A model generated the notes under the pieces. The model was not told the DNA's origin. It saw only the letters and a list, made by a program, of their open reading frames with translations, and searched no databases. From Candidatus Stammera capleta (GTDB taxonomy: Bacteria > Pseudomonadota > Gammaproteobacteria > Enterobacterales > Enterobacteriaceae), in assembly GCA_036689505.1 (NCBI GenBank), contig CP144843.1:167107-231106 (forward strand): a stretch of DNA of 64,000 bases, written 5' to 3'. Made by a program: the position numbers and the translations under genes. Each line of letters starts with the position of its first letter. Positions within the stretch are counted from its first letter, which is position 1. Shown here in pieces: positions 1-10,779 of the stretch.

Positions 1-540
1 TTTTAATATTATTAATATAATATTTTTATTTAAAAAAGATAAATTATTATATCAATAATTTATAACTAATTCATAAATTAAATTATATTCATCAGGCAAT
101 ATTTTAGAACTTATATCTATATTAAATTCTATAAAATAGTTAAACATAATTTTTTTACAAAATCCATGTATTGTAAATATTGAAATATAATCAATATTAT
201 TTTCTATTTGAATTAATAAATTTATTATATTAGGTATATTTTTAATATAGTTAAAAATATTACTTATATTTTTATTAATACATTTATTTCTTATACATGA
301 TTGTTTTAAATATCTAATATTATTTAAAATTCTATTTTTAATTTCTAAAGAAGCTAAATCAGTAAAAGTAACTATTAATATATTATTAATTAATAAATTA
401 AAAAAATATTTATCAATATTAATATTTAATAAAATTCTTAAATATAATAATGAAATTATATTAGTTTTACCTGTTCCAGCAGAAGATTCTATTAAATTAC
501 TTTTATATAAAGTACTATATAAACAATCAAAAATATTCAT
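1..540 (-). CDS. recB: RecBCD helicase/nuclease subunit RecB, N-terminal part (the rest of the gene lies left of the window)
   Basis: Track ORF 52..540 gives LIESSAGTGKT (Walker A), IVTFTDLASLEIKNRI and IFTIHGFCKK. These are colinear with the E. coli RecB N-terminus (LIEASAGTGKT, VVTFTEAATAELRGRI, VFTIHGFCQR). The apparent stop at 52-54 is TGA. There is no in-frame TAA/TAG from 51 down to 1. Confidence 0.85.
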
Positions 541-544
541 AATA

Positions 545-3500
545 TTAATACTTTTTTATCTTCATATATTTTAACATAGGTAATAATCATTTTTTAGAAT
601 TATTAATAATAAGATTAATATTAAAAGCATCATTATATTTTATTAAATAACTAATATAAACATCATTTAATTCATTAAATAAATAATTTTTTTTATTAAT
701 TAAATCTTTTATATTTAAAAATAATAAATTATTAATTTTATAATTATTAAATAATTTTCTATATTTAAAATTATAAATATTATTTATTATATAATTGCTT
801 AATTTAGGTAAAAAAAATAAAGGATTATTTATACCATATAAAAAACCTTTTATATAATAAGATAATAAATATTTAGATAAGTCAATATTTAATTTTTTAA
901 ATATAAATATATTATTATAACCATATAAAAAACTATTTTTATTAAAACCTAAAATACAATATATTAAATGATTAATTCAAAATAATAAACCATCTATTAA
1001 ATTTAAATTTTTAGGTAAATATTTATAATGATAAAATTTACTATTTAAATTTAAAACACCATTTATATAATTATTTTCAATTAAAATAGAAAATTTATAT
1101 TCTTTATTATTTAAATATATTTTAGAAATACAATTAAATAATTTTATTATATTAAATAATTCATTCTTTCATAAAATCTTTCCAAAATTTCCTAAGGGAA
1201 TTAAATTAAATAACTGTAAATATAAATAAAAATTATTATTAAACTTTTTACCAATTAATAAACTACTAATAATTTTTGTTTTAAAAATATAAAAATTTTT
1301 TATATTATAATTTAATAAATAATAATTTTTATTTCAATTTAAATTTTCATTAAAAAATATTTTTAAAGTATTATTAAAAAAAAATTTTACTGGATTAAAT
1401 CAAAATTTATAAATATCATTTAATGAAATATTATTATTATATAATTTTAAAGAATTATTTTTAAATAAAATATTATTTTCTTTTCTTATATATATTTTTT
1501 TTTTTTTAAATATAAAATTTAAATTATTAATATTATTTTCTTTATAAGAAAATATATTAATATTAATATAATTTAACAATATATCTAATAAATTTGAAGG
1601 AAAATATTTTTTATTACTATTTAAAGATACATTTATATAACTTATATAAACTTTATCTTTAGCATGAATAAAATATTCTAAAAATAAATATTTTTCATTT
1701 TCTATTTTATTCCTATCACCTAACTTAGGATATAAATACATAAGATCAAAATTATAATTAAATATATTTTGAGGATAAATATTTAAATTCATTCCTAATA
1801 TACAAATAATTTTAAATGACATAGAACTTAAAGGTAAAATAGAACTAAAATTTATATGATTTATAGAATATTGTCTATATTCTTTATTTTTTTTAAATAA
1901 AATACATATAATTTTTATAAAAAATAAATTATTAACTTTTTTTTTAAAATCTATAATTTTCAAGTTATGTAATATATTATTTAAACAAACATTATTTAAA
2001 AAAAAATTATTTTCAATTAAATCATTGGGAAAAAAATCTTTTATTATTTTAAAATATAAATAAATTCACTGATTTAAAAAATATTTTTTAATAAAAATAT
2101 TTTTTCAATATAATAATTTAAATATCAAATCAGAAAATTTACCAATTAAATTATATATAAAATCATTATCTAATAATGGATAACTATAAATATTATTTCA
2201 AACAAAATACTTTTTATTAACTGCATATCCTAATAATAAATTTTTTATATTATAAATAATAGATATATTATTATATTTTTTAAATAATTTTTTATCAAAA
2301 ATTAAATTTTTAATATCTTTTAAAAATTCTATATCTTTTATTAAATTTAAAAAAATATCTAATTCATTTTCATCAATATTAAATTTATTTAAAATAATAT
2401 TATTTTTAACTAAATCTAAAAAATAATTTAAATCTAAGTCAATATCTTTAATATTTAATATTTTTAATAAAAATTTGAAAACAAAATTATTATTAATATT
2501 AAATTTATCTAATATTATATAAGGAATAATTTTATAATATTTATAATCTGAAAATACTAAATTAATATAAAATGAATACTTTTTAATATCTGTAACTACT
2601 ACTATAATATCTTTGTATTTATAATTATATTTAATAATTAATTTTAATAAAAATTTTCTTAATTTATATACTTCATCTAAATATCCATAACAAGATTTAA
2701 TTATTATTGAATTATCAATATAATTTAATTTATTTAATAAATTAAATTTACTATCATAAAAATATAAAATATTTTTTTTAATATAACATAAAATATTTTT
2801 TTTAAAAAATTTATTAAAATAATTTATTTCAATTATATTATCATAATGTAAAATAATATATAAATATTCAGCAAATATTTTAGCATAATATAACAAAATT
2901 GAATTTATATTATTTAATTTTAAATTATTTTTAAATAAGTTATTATTTATATTAAAAAAATAATTAATATCATACCAATATTCTTTAGAAGGATTAATTA
3001 TAAAATAATGAATATTAATATGTTTAGATATATAATATATAATATCTAAATATAATGGAGGTAAATTATATATATTAAATATATAAATGTTTTTATAATA
3101 ATTTTTAAATATTTTTTTTTTATTTTGTAAAAGATTTAAAAAATTAATTAATATTTTAGATCTATATAATTTACAATTAAAATTCAATAAATAAAAATTA
3201 ATAATTTTTTTTCATAAAATAGATTGTCAAATTTGATTATCGTTATTTATACTAATATCTAATATATTTTTTTCTCAATTAATTAATAAATATGGTCTGT
3301 ATACCATATATTTATCATATAAATCTGCTATTTTATAACATAAACTAAATAGTTTACTATCATTTAAATCATTATTTAAATAATATTTTAATTTTAAAAA
3401 ATTTTTATTATTAATTAACTTAGGTAATATTTTTAATATTATAAAAAATAAATTTATTTTACTAAAATAATTAATATCTGATATTTCATTAAAATAAATT

Positions 3501-3718
3501 TTACATAAGTTTCATATAAATTTAGCAGTTAATAAAAACTTATAATTAGCAAATATATTTAAATATTTACTAAAAAAAAGTTTTAGTCTTAAAGAAATAT
3601 TATTATTTGACACTAATATAATATTATCGTTATAAGTATTAAATTGTTCTTTTTTAAATACATATAAAAACATATGTTTTAATATTTTAAAATCATTTGA
3701 TTGATATAATATAAACAT
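545..3718 (-). CDS. recC: RecBCD subunit RecC, intact, about 1057 aa
   Basis: Track ORFs 1400..1963, 2198..3187 and 3512..3718 share one frame and are separated only by TGA. I checked every in-frame triplet in the gaps and from 1400 down to 548 and found no TAA/TAG until TAA at 545-547. PLSSMSFKIICILGMN...GDRNKIENEKYLFLE...KVYISYI matches E. coli RecC MRSIPFKVVCLLGMN...GDRSRRDDDRYLFLE...KLYISYI. The gene ends 5 nt before the recB start. Confidence 0.85.
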
Positions 3719-3720
3719 AA

Positions 3721-4254
3721 TTAAATCATATATATATTTTTAAATAAAATTTTTAATATACAAAATAAATTTTCTAAAAAAATAGAAAAAAACAATAAAT
3801 ATATACAAATAAAATATTCAAATTTTTTATTTTTTAAATTTATAAAAGGAAATTTAAAATAAAAATTAAAAGGTCAAAAAATATTTACACCTCTTATAGT
3901 AAACATATCTGCTAATATATGACTTAAATAACCTATAATTATACCATATTTAATACTAATACTAATATTAAATAAATATAAAAATTTAAAATAAAATATA
4001 AATAAATATAATAAATATAAAATAATAAAACTATGTGTTATAGTTCTATGACCAAAATATTTTAATATATAATAAGAAATAAATTTAAATTTATTACCTA
4101 TAAATGAATTAATATGATCTATATCAGGTAATAAACTAAAAAGTAAACAAAATATAACTAAAATTAATAAATTTATATTATAATTAATATTTATATATTT
4201 AATAAATATAACACAACAAAATAAAGAAAAAATTAAATGATTATTAAATAACAT
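3721..4254 (-). CDS. ydjM: YdjM-family inner-membrane protein (DUF457, putative metal-dependent hydrolase), 177 aa
   Basis: LLPDIDHINSFIG, FGHRTITHS and GYLSHILADMFTIRGVNIFWP match E. coli YdjM LLPDIDHPKSFLG, FGHRGFTHS and GYLSHILADMLTPAGVPLLWP. The track ORF 3874..4254 ends at TGA. Reading through gives a hydrophobic tail up to TAA at 3721-3723. Confidence 0.85.
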
Positions 4255-4363
4255 ATTACATATTTAAAATAATTATTTTATTATATATAATAATATAAAT
4301 ATATTTAAATATATTTATAATTTTAAATATAAAGAAATAAAATAATTTAATTAATTTAATAAT

Positions 4364-5584
4364 ATGGAAAAATTAAATAATAACGATCATAGAATAATTA
4401 ATAAGAATATAAAAATATTTCATATTCAAAAAAATAATCCAGGAATAATATACTGAAATAATAATGGACTTATAATTGTAAATTTAATTAAAAAACTAAT
4501 ACAAGAAAAACTTAAAAAATATAAATATCAAGAAGTACAAACAGCATATTTAATACCAAAAAAAATATGAAAAAAAAGTGGGCATTGAAAAAATTATAAA
4601 AATTATATATTTTATATAAAAAAAAATATTAAATTATGTTTAAAACCTATGAATTGTTTAGGACATATAGAAATATTTAAAAATAATATTAAATCATATA
4701 AAAATTTACCTATAAAAATTTCTGAATTTGGTATATGTCATAGAAATGAACCTTCAGGTTCATTATATGGATTAATGAGAACAAAATCTTTTACTCAAGA
4801 TGATGCACATATATTTTGTACAAAAAATCAAATTAAAAAAGAAGTTTTAAAATGTATAGCTTTTATAAAAGAAATATATAAAATATTTAAATTTAAAAAT
4901 ATATATGTATATATATCAACTAGACCAAAAAAATATTTAGGTAAAAAAAAACAATGAAAAAATATAATAAATAAGTTAATTAATATTTTAAATGAAATAA
5001 ATATAAAATTTAAAATTAATAAAGAAGAAGGAGCGTTTTATGGTCCTAAAATAGAATTTTTAATTAAAGATAAACAAAATAAAAAATGACAATGTGGAAC
5101 TATACAAATAGATTTTAATTTATCTAAAAATTTAAAAATATTTTATATAAATAAAAATAATAAAAAAAAAAATCCTATTATAATACATAGAGCTATATTA
5201 GGATCTATAGAAAGATTTATAGGTATATTAATAGAAAAAAATAAAGGATGATTACCTATATGGTTAACACCAATTCAAATAGTTATATTAAATATTTCAA
5301 AAAAACATATTATATATTGTAAAAAAATATTTAAAACATTAAATAAATATAATTATATAAGATCTATAATAGATATTAAAAATAAACAAATAAATTATAA
5401 AATAAGAAAATATACTTTACAAAAAATACCTTATATAATAATATGTGGTGATCAAGAAATCCTTTATAAAAATATAAATATAAGAAATACAATAAAAAAT
5501 AAAAATAAAATAAAAAAATTAAATTATATAATTAAAAAAATTAGAAAAAAAACTAAAAAAATTTTTAGAGGAAAAAATTATTAA
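4364..5584 (+). CDS. thrS: Threonine--tRNA ligase, catalytic and anticodon-binding domains only (406 aa; N-terminal TGS/editing domains absent)
   Basis: ATG 4364 is the first start after an in-frame TAA at 4352-4354. There are 95 codons to the track ORF at 4649, in the same frame. [29 protein letters not shown] aligns with E. coli ThrRS [29 protein letters not shown] at about residue 240. [38 protein letters not shown] and [17 protein letters not shown] are conserved. The stop is TAA at 5582-5584. Confidence 0.9.
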
Positions 5585-5612
5585 AATTAATAGAAAAAAT
5601 ACTAAAATAAAT

Positions 5613-6110
5613 ATGTTTAATATAAATAATAATATAAAATCTAAAATAGTAAGAATAACAGGAGAAAATATAGAAAATAATAAGATAGTTAATATTAAAG
5701 AAGCTTTATATATAGCTAAAAAACTTAATATGGATTTAGTAGAAATAAATTCTAAAACTAATCCTCCAATATGTAAAATATTAAATTATGGTAAATTTAT
5801 ATATAGAAGAAAAAAAAATATAAAAAAAAATAAAAATAAAAATATAATAATAAAAGAAATAAAATTTAGACCAAATACTGATAAAAATGATTATGATACA
5901 AAAATAAAAAAAATTAAAAATTTAATTAATAAAAAATATAGAATAAAAATTATAATAAGATTTAAAGGAAGAGAAATAATTCATAAAAATATAGCTATAA
6001 AAATGTTAAATAATATTAAAAATAATTTACAAAAAATATCTAAATTAGATTTTTTAAATAATAAAATTGAAAATAATCAGATGATAATGATATTTAAACC
6101 TAATAAATAA
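5613..6110 (+). CDS. infC: Translation initiation factor IF-3 (ATG-defined ORF; the true start may be an upstream in-frame ATT at 5577/5580)
   Basis: VRITGENIE, NPPICKILNYGKFIY, KEIKFRPNTDKNDYDTK, IRFKGREI and NQMIMIF match E. coli IF3. The frame stays open upstream of the ATG through ATT ATT at 5577-5582. Confidence 0.9.
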   Translation: MFNINNNIKSKIVRITGENIENNKIVNIKEALYIAKKLNMDLVEINSKTNPPICKILNYGKFIYRRKKNIKKNKNKNIIIKEIKFRPNTDKNDYDTKIKKIKNLINKKYRIKIIIRFKGREIIHKNIAIKMLNNIKNNLQKISKLDFLNNKIENNQMIMIFKPNK

Positions 6111-6127
6111 TATTTATTAATAAATAA

Positions 6128-6319
6128 ATGATAAAAATTAAAACAATTAAATCAATTAAAAAAAGAATTAAAAAAACTTCACTAGGAAAAATAAAATTTA
6201 AACATTCAAATTTAAATCATATATTAACAAAAAAAAATAGAAATTATAAAAGAAAACTTAAAAAAAAATCTATAATTAAAAACAATAAAAAAATAATAAA
6301 ATGTATACCATATATATAA
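6128..6319 (+). CDS. rpmI: 50S ribosomal protein L35
   Basis: MIKIKTIKSIKKRIKKT...HILTKK...CIPYI matches E. coli L35 MPKIKTVRGAAKRFKKT...HILTKK...CLPYA. Position is syntenic. Confidence 0.9.
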   Translation: MIKIKTIKSIKKRIKKTSLGKIKFKHSNLNHILTKKNRNYKRKLKKKSIIKNNKKIIKCIPYI

Positions 6320-6338
6320 AAATTAAAGGAAATATATA

Positions 6339-6695
6339 ATGATAAGAATTAAAAAAGGTAAAAATAATCATAAATATCATAAAAAAATATTAAAACTATG
6401 TAAAGGATATTATGGTGCAAGATCTAGATGTTTTAGAATAGCAAATCAAGCTTTTATAAAATCAGGTCAATATTCATATAGAGATAGAAAACAAAAAAAA
6501 AGATATTTTAGAAAAATATGAATTATGCAAATTAATGCTAAAGTTAGAGAATATGGTATGTCTTATAATTATTTTATTAATAAATTAAAAAAAAAATCAA
6601 TTTATATAAATAGAAAAATTTTATCAAATTTAATAAATAATAATTCTGAAATATTTGAAAAGTTAATGTTAACTATAAAAAATAATAAAATTTAA
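6339..6695 (+). CDS. rplT: 50S ribosomal protein L20
   Basis: [40 protein letters not shown] matches L20. The track ORF stops at TGA 6519-6521. Read-through continues to TAA at 6693-6695. An AAGGA Shine-Dalgarno-like motif lies just upstream at about 6326-6330. Confidence 0.9.
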
Positions 6696-7670
6696 ATGTT
6701 AAATTTAATTAAAAAAATTAAAAAAAAATTAAAAAAAATTATATATATAAAAAAAATCAAAAAAATAACTAAAATGTATAAAAAACTTTTAGGTAAAAAA
6801 GGGTATTTTAATAATATTATGAAATTATTTCATAATATACCTAATAAAAAAAAACCTAAAATAGGAAATATAATAAATATATTAAAAAAAAAAACAATAA
6901 AATTAATTAATAAACAAAAATTATATATAAATAAAAAAAAAAAAAAAAATAAAAAATTTATAGATATATCATTACCAGGAAATATAAATATATTATATGG
7001 AAATTTACATCCTATAACTATTACAATAAATTGAATAGAAAATTTTTTTAATGAATTAGGATTTAAAACAATTAATAATTCTGAAATAGAAAATATATAT
7101 TATAATTTTGATTCATTAAATATTAATAAAAATCATCCTTCAAGATCCAATAAAGATACATTTTGAATTAATAAAAAAAAATTATTAATTACTCAAACTT
7201 CATGTATACAAATAAAATATATGAAAAAAAATAAACCACCAATAAAAGTTATATCTATAGGAAATGTTTTTAGAAAAGATTATGATAAAACTCATACACC
7301 TATGTTTCATCAAATAGAAATATTTATAGTTGATTATAATATAAATTTTTGTAATTTAATATATATAATAAAAAATTTTTTAAATATTTTTTTTAATAAA
7401 AAAATAAAACTAAAAATAGTTACATCTTATTTTCCTTTTACAGAACCTTCTGCAGAAATATATATAAAAAATCATAAAAATAAATGAATTGAAATAATAG
7501 GATGTGGTTTAATACATCCTAAAATTTTAAAAAATTCTAATATTAATAATAATATTTTTTCAGGACTAGCATTTGGAATTGGTATAGAAAGATTAACAAT
7601 GATAAAATACAAAATATGTAATATAAAAAAATTATATGAAAATAATATAGAATGATTAAATCAATTTTAA
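6696..7670 (+). CDS. pheS: Phenylalanine--tRNA ligase alpha subunit
   Basis: Track ORFs 6696..7034 and 7221..7487 are in the same frame and joined by TGA codons. [53 protein letters not shown] and [12 protein letters not shown] are colinear with E. coli PheS. An in-frame A17 tract lies at 6933-6949. The stop is TAA at 7668-7670. Confidence 0.92.
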
Positions 7671-7674
7671 AAAT

Positions 7675-9967
7675 ATGAAATTCTATTTACAATGAATTAA
7701 AAAATATATAAATAATAAAAAAATAAATATTAAATATATAAAAAAAATTTTAAATAATAATGGATTTGAAACTAAAATTAAATATATTCCTCAAAATTTT
7801 ATAAAAACAAAAATATTAAAATATAAGATTTTAAAAAATAATATATATTTAATAAATATAAAATTAAATAATATTAAAATAAATTTAAAAGTAAAATATA
7901 ATAAAAATATTAATTATAAATATATATGAATAAATAATAATATATATAAAAACAAATGATATAAAAAAAATATTTTTAATATAAAATTACAAAATATAAA
8001 TAATAAATATTATTATATAATTAAAAAATATATATTTTTAAAAAGAAAACATGAAAAATTTTTAGAAATTAATATTCCATATAATAGAATTGATTGTAAT
8101 AATATATTTAATATTTCTAAAGAAATATGTATTTTAACTAAAAATAAAATTAAAAAAAATAAAATTAAAATAAAATTTAAAAATAAATATAAATATAAAT
8201 TAAAAATAAAATTATTAAATAAATGTTTTAAATATATAAAAAATTATAAATATTCAATTATAAATAATATTAAATTTAAAAAAAATAATATACCTGATTT
8301 TATTAAAAATAAAATCGAAAATATGGGATTTATAATTAATAATAATATATTAGATGTAATAAATTTTATATCAATTGAATTTGGACATATATTAATATGT
8401 TTAAATTTTAATAAAATAAAAAATTCTAAATTATATATAGATATTAAAAAACAAAAAAATAATATAAATAAAAATATAATTTTAAAAAATAAAAAAGAAA
8501 TTATTATAAAAAATTTTAATAATTATAATAAAAAATATCTACCTAATAAAAATACAAAAAAAATTATAATTATATCAATACTATTTAATAAAAATTTTAT
8601 ATATAAAAATTATAACAAAAATAATTATAATTTATTATTAACATATAATAATAATTATAATAAAGAAATACAATATTATTGTATTAAAAAATTATTACTT
8701 ATAATAAAAAATATTTGAAATGGAAATATAATATTATTTAAAAATATTAAAAATAATAAATTAAATAAAAAAAATTATAAAATAATTAAAATAAATTATT
8801 TAGAAATAAAAAAAAAAATTGGAATAAATATAAAAAAAAAAATAATCTTAAATATATTAAAAAAAATTAATTGTAAAGTAAAAATAAAAAATAATAATAT
8901 ATTTATAAAACCTCATAAAACAAGATATGATTTAAATATTAAAGAAGATTATATAGAAGAAATAATTAAATTTTACGGATTAAATAATATTAAACAAAAA
9001 AAAATTAAAAATATATTAAAAATTAAAAAAAATGATCAATATTCAAAAAATGTAAATAATATTAAAAAAATGTTATCTAATATTGGATATACTGAAGTAA
9101 TAAACTTTCATTTTAGTAATAAAAATAAAGAAAAAATATTTTTTAATAATATTAAAAATATTAAAATAACAAATCCTATATCTATAAAAATGTCAATATT
9201 AAGATCATCATTATTACCAGGATTAATTAATAATATTATTTATAATATAAAAAGAAAAAATAATAATATTAAATTATTTGAAATAGGTACTTGTTATAAA
9301 ATTAAAAATAATAAATTCATATTAAAAAAAAAAATATCTTTAATATTATATGGATTAAAATATAAAAAAAATTGAAAAAATAAAAAAAATAAATTATTTA
9401 ATTTTTATGATATAAAAGGAGATATAGAATTTTTATTAAAAAAACAAAATAAAATAAAAAATTTTTATCTTAAAAAAAGTAAATATAAATTTTTAGATAA
9501 AATACAAAACGCTGACATATTTATAAAAAAAAAAAAAAATAGGATTTATAGGTATGATCAATAATAAATTACAAAAAAAATTTTTAATAAAACATCCAAT
9601 ATTTATTACTGAAATAAATTTAAAAAAAATACTATTTCCATCAATATTTAAAATTAAAAAAATATCAAAATTTCCATATAATAAAAGAGATATTACTTTA
9701 ATAATAGATAAAAATATACCATTAAATTTTATAATTAATAAATGTAAAAATATAAATTATATAAAAAATATTGAAATAATTAATTTTTTTTTAAATAAAA
9801 AACTAAATAAAATAGATAAAAAAAATATAACATTAAGTTTAACTATACAAAGTAATAAAAAAACTTTAAAAGAAAATGAAATTAATAATACAGTAATAAA
9901 ATGTAAAAAAATATTAAAAAAAAAATTTAATGCTTTAATAGACAAAGAAATTAAATATATTAATTAA
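7675..9967 (+). CDS. pheT: Phenylalanine--tRNA ligase beta subunit, with the reading frame broken by one extra A in an A15 tract (9525-9539)
   Basis: MKFYLQWIKKYIN matches E. coli MKFSELWLREWVN. LEINIPYNRIDC and RYDLNIKEDYIEEIIKFYGLNNI are conserved. From 7675 to 9537 the gene is in frame 1, consistent with track ORFs 8323.. and 9070... The C-terminal part (IGFIGMINNKL...FPYNKRDITLII...) is in frame 2, matching track ORF 9554..9967. Confidence 0.88.
9525..9539 (+). other. A15 homopolymer at the pheT frameshift site (candidate slippage site)
   Basis: Frame 1 reads ATA AAA AAA AAA AAA AAT AGG ... and reaches TAA at 9562-9564. With 14 A it reads ...ADIFIKKKKIGFIG..., the same length as E. coli AAIYLKGERIGFVG. 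Confidence 0.85.
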
Positions 9968-10034
9968 TTAATAAAAATTAAATAAATTTATAAATATATT
10001 AAAATTTAAAGCAAATATTAATAAAAATAAAATT

Positions 10035-10757
10035 ATGAATATAATTATTAAAAAATATAATATCAAAACAAAAGATAAAAAAAATATACCTATTATTATT
10101 TATAATAATAAAAAAAAAAATATAAAAAATAAAAATGTTATATTAGTAATATCAGAAATATTTGGATTAAATAATAATATAAAATATATATGTAAAAAAT
10201 TAAGCAAAAATAATTATATTAGTATATTTCCACAATTATTTTATAGAATTAAAAATATAAAATATGATGAAAATATTAATATATTAAGAAACAAAATAAA
10301 CAAATTATCAGATAAAATAATATTATCTGATTTAGATTATTTAATATCTTGAAGTAAAAAAAAATTTAATACAAATAATATATTAATGATAGGATTAAGT
10401 TGAGGAGGAAGAATTACATGATTATATTCTTACTATAATAAAAAAAAAATTAAAAAATCAATTGTTTTATATGGAAGAATAAATGATATTAAAAACAAAA
10501 AACATCCTATACATCCAATAGATTTTGTAAACAAAATTAAAATACCAGTATTAGGTATATATGCAAAAAATGATGAAATTATAAATAAAAAAGATATATA
10601 TAATTTTAAAAATATTATAAAAAATAAAAAAATTAAATTAATTATATATAAAAATTGTAAACATGGATTTTTAGATAAAGAAAGAAAAACTTATAATAAA
10701 AATATATCTAAGAAAACTTGAAAAAATATATTAAATTGATTTAATAAAATTAAATAA
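10035..10757 (+). CDS. ysgA: Dienelactone-hydrolase-family protein (YsgA orthologue), 240 aa
   Basis: VILVISEIFGLNNNIKYICKKL and MIGLSWGGRITWLYSYYN match E. coli YsgA VVIVVQEIFGVHEHIRDICRRL and ITGFCWGGRITWLYAAHN. IPVLGIYAKND and CKHGF are also conserved. The track ORF ends at TGA 10350-10352. A 136-codon read-through continues to TAA at 10755-10757. Confidence 0.85.
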
Positions 10758-10779
10758 TATAATTAATTGGAATAAAATA

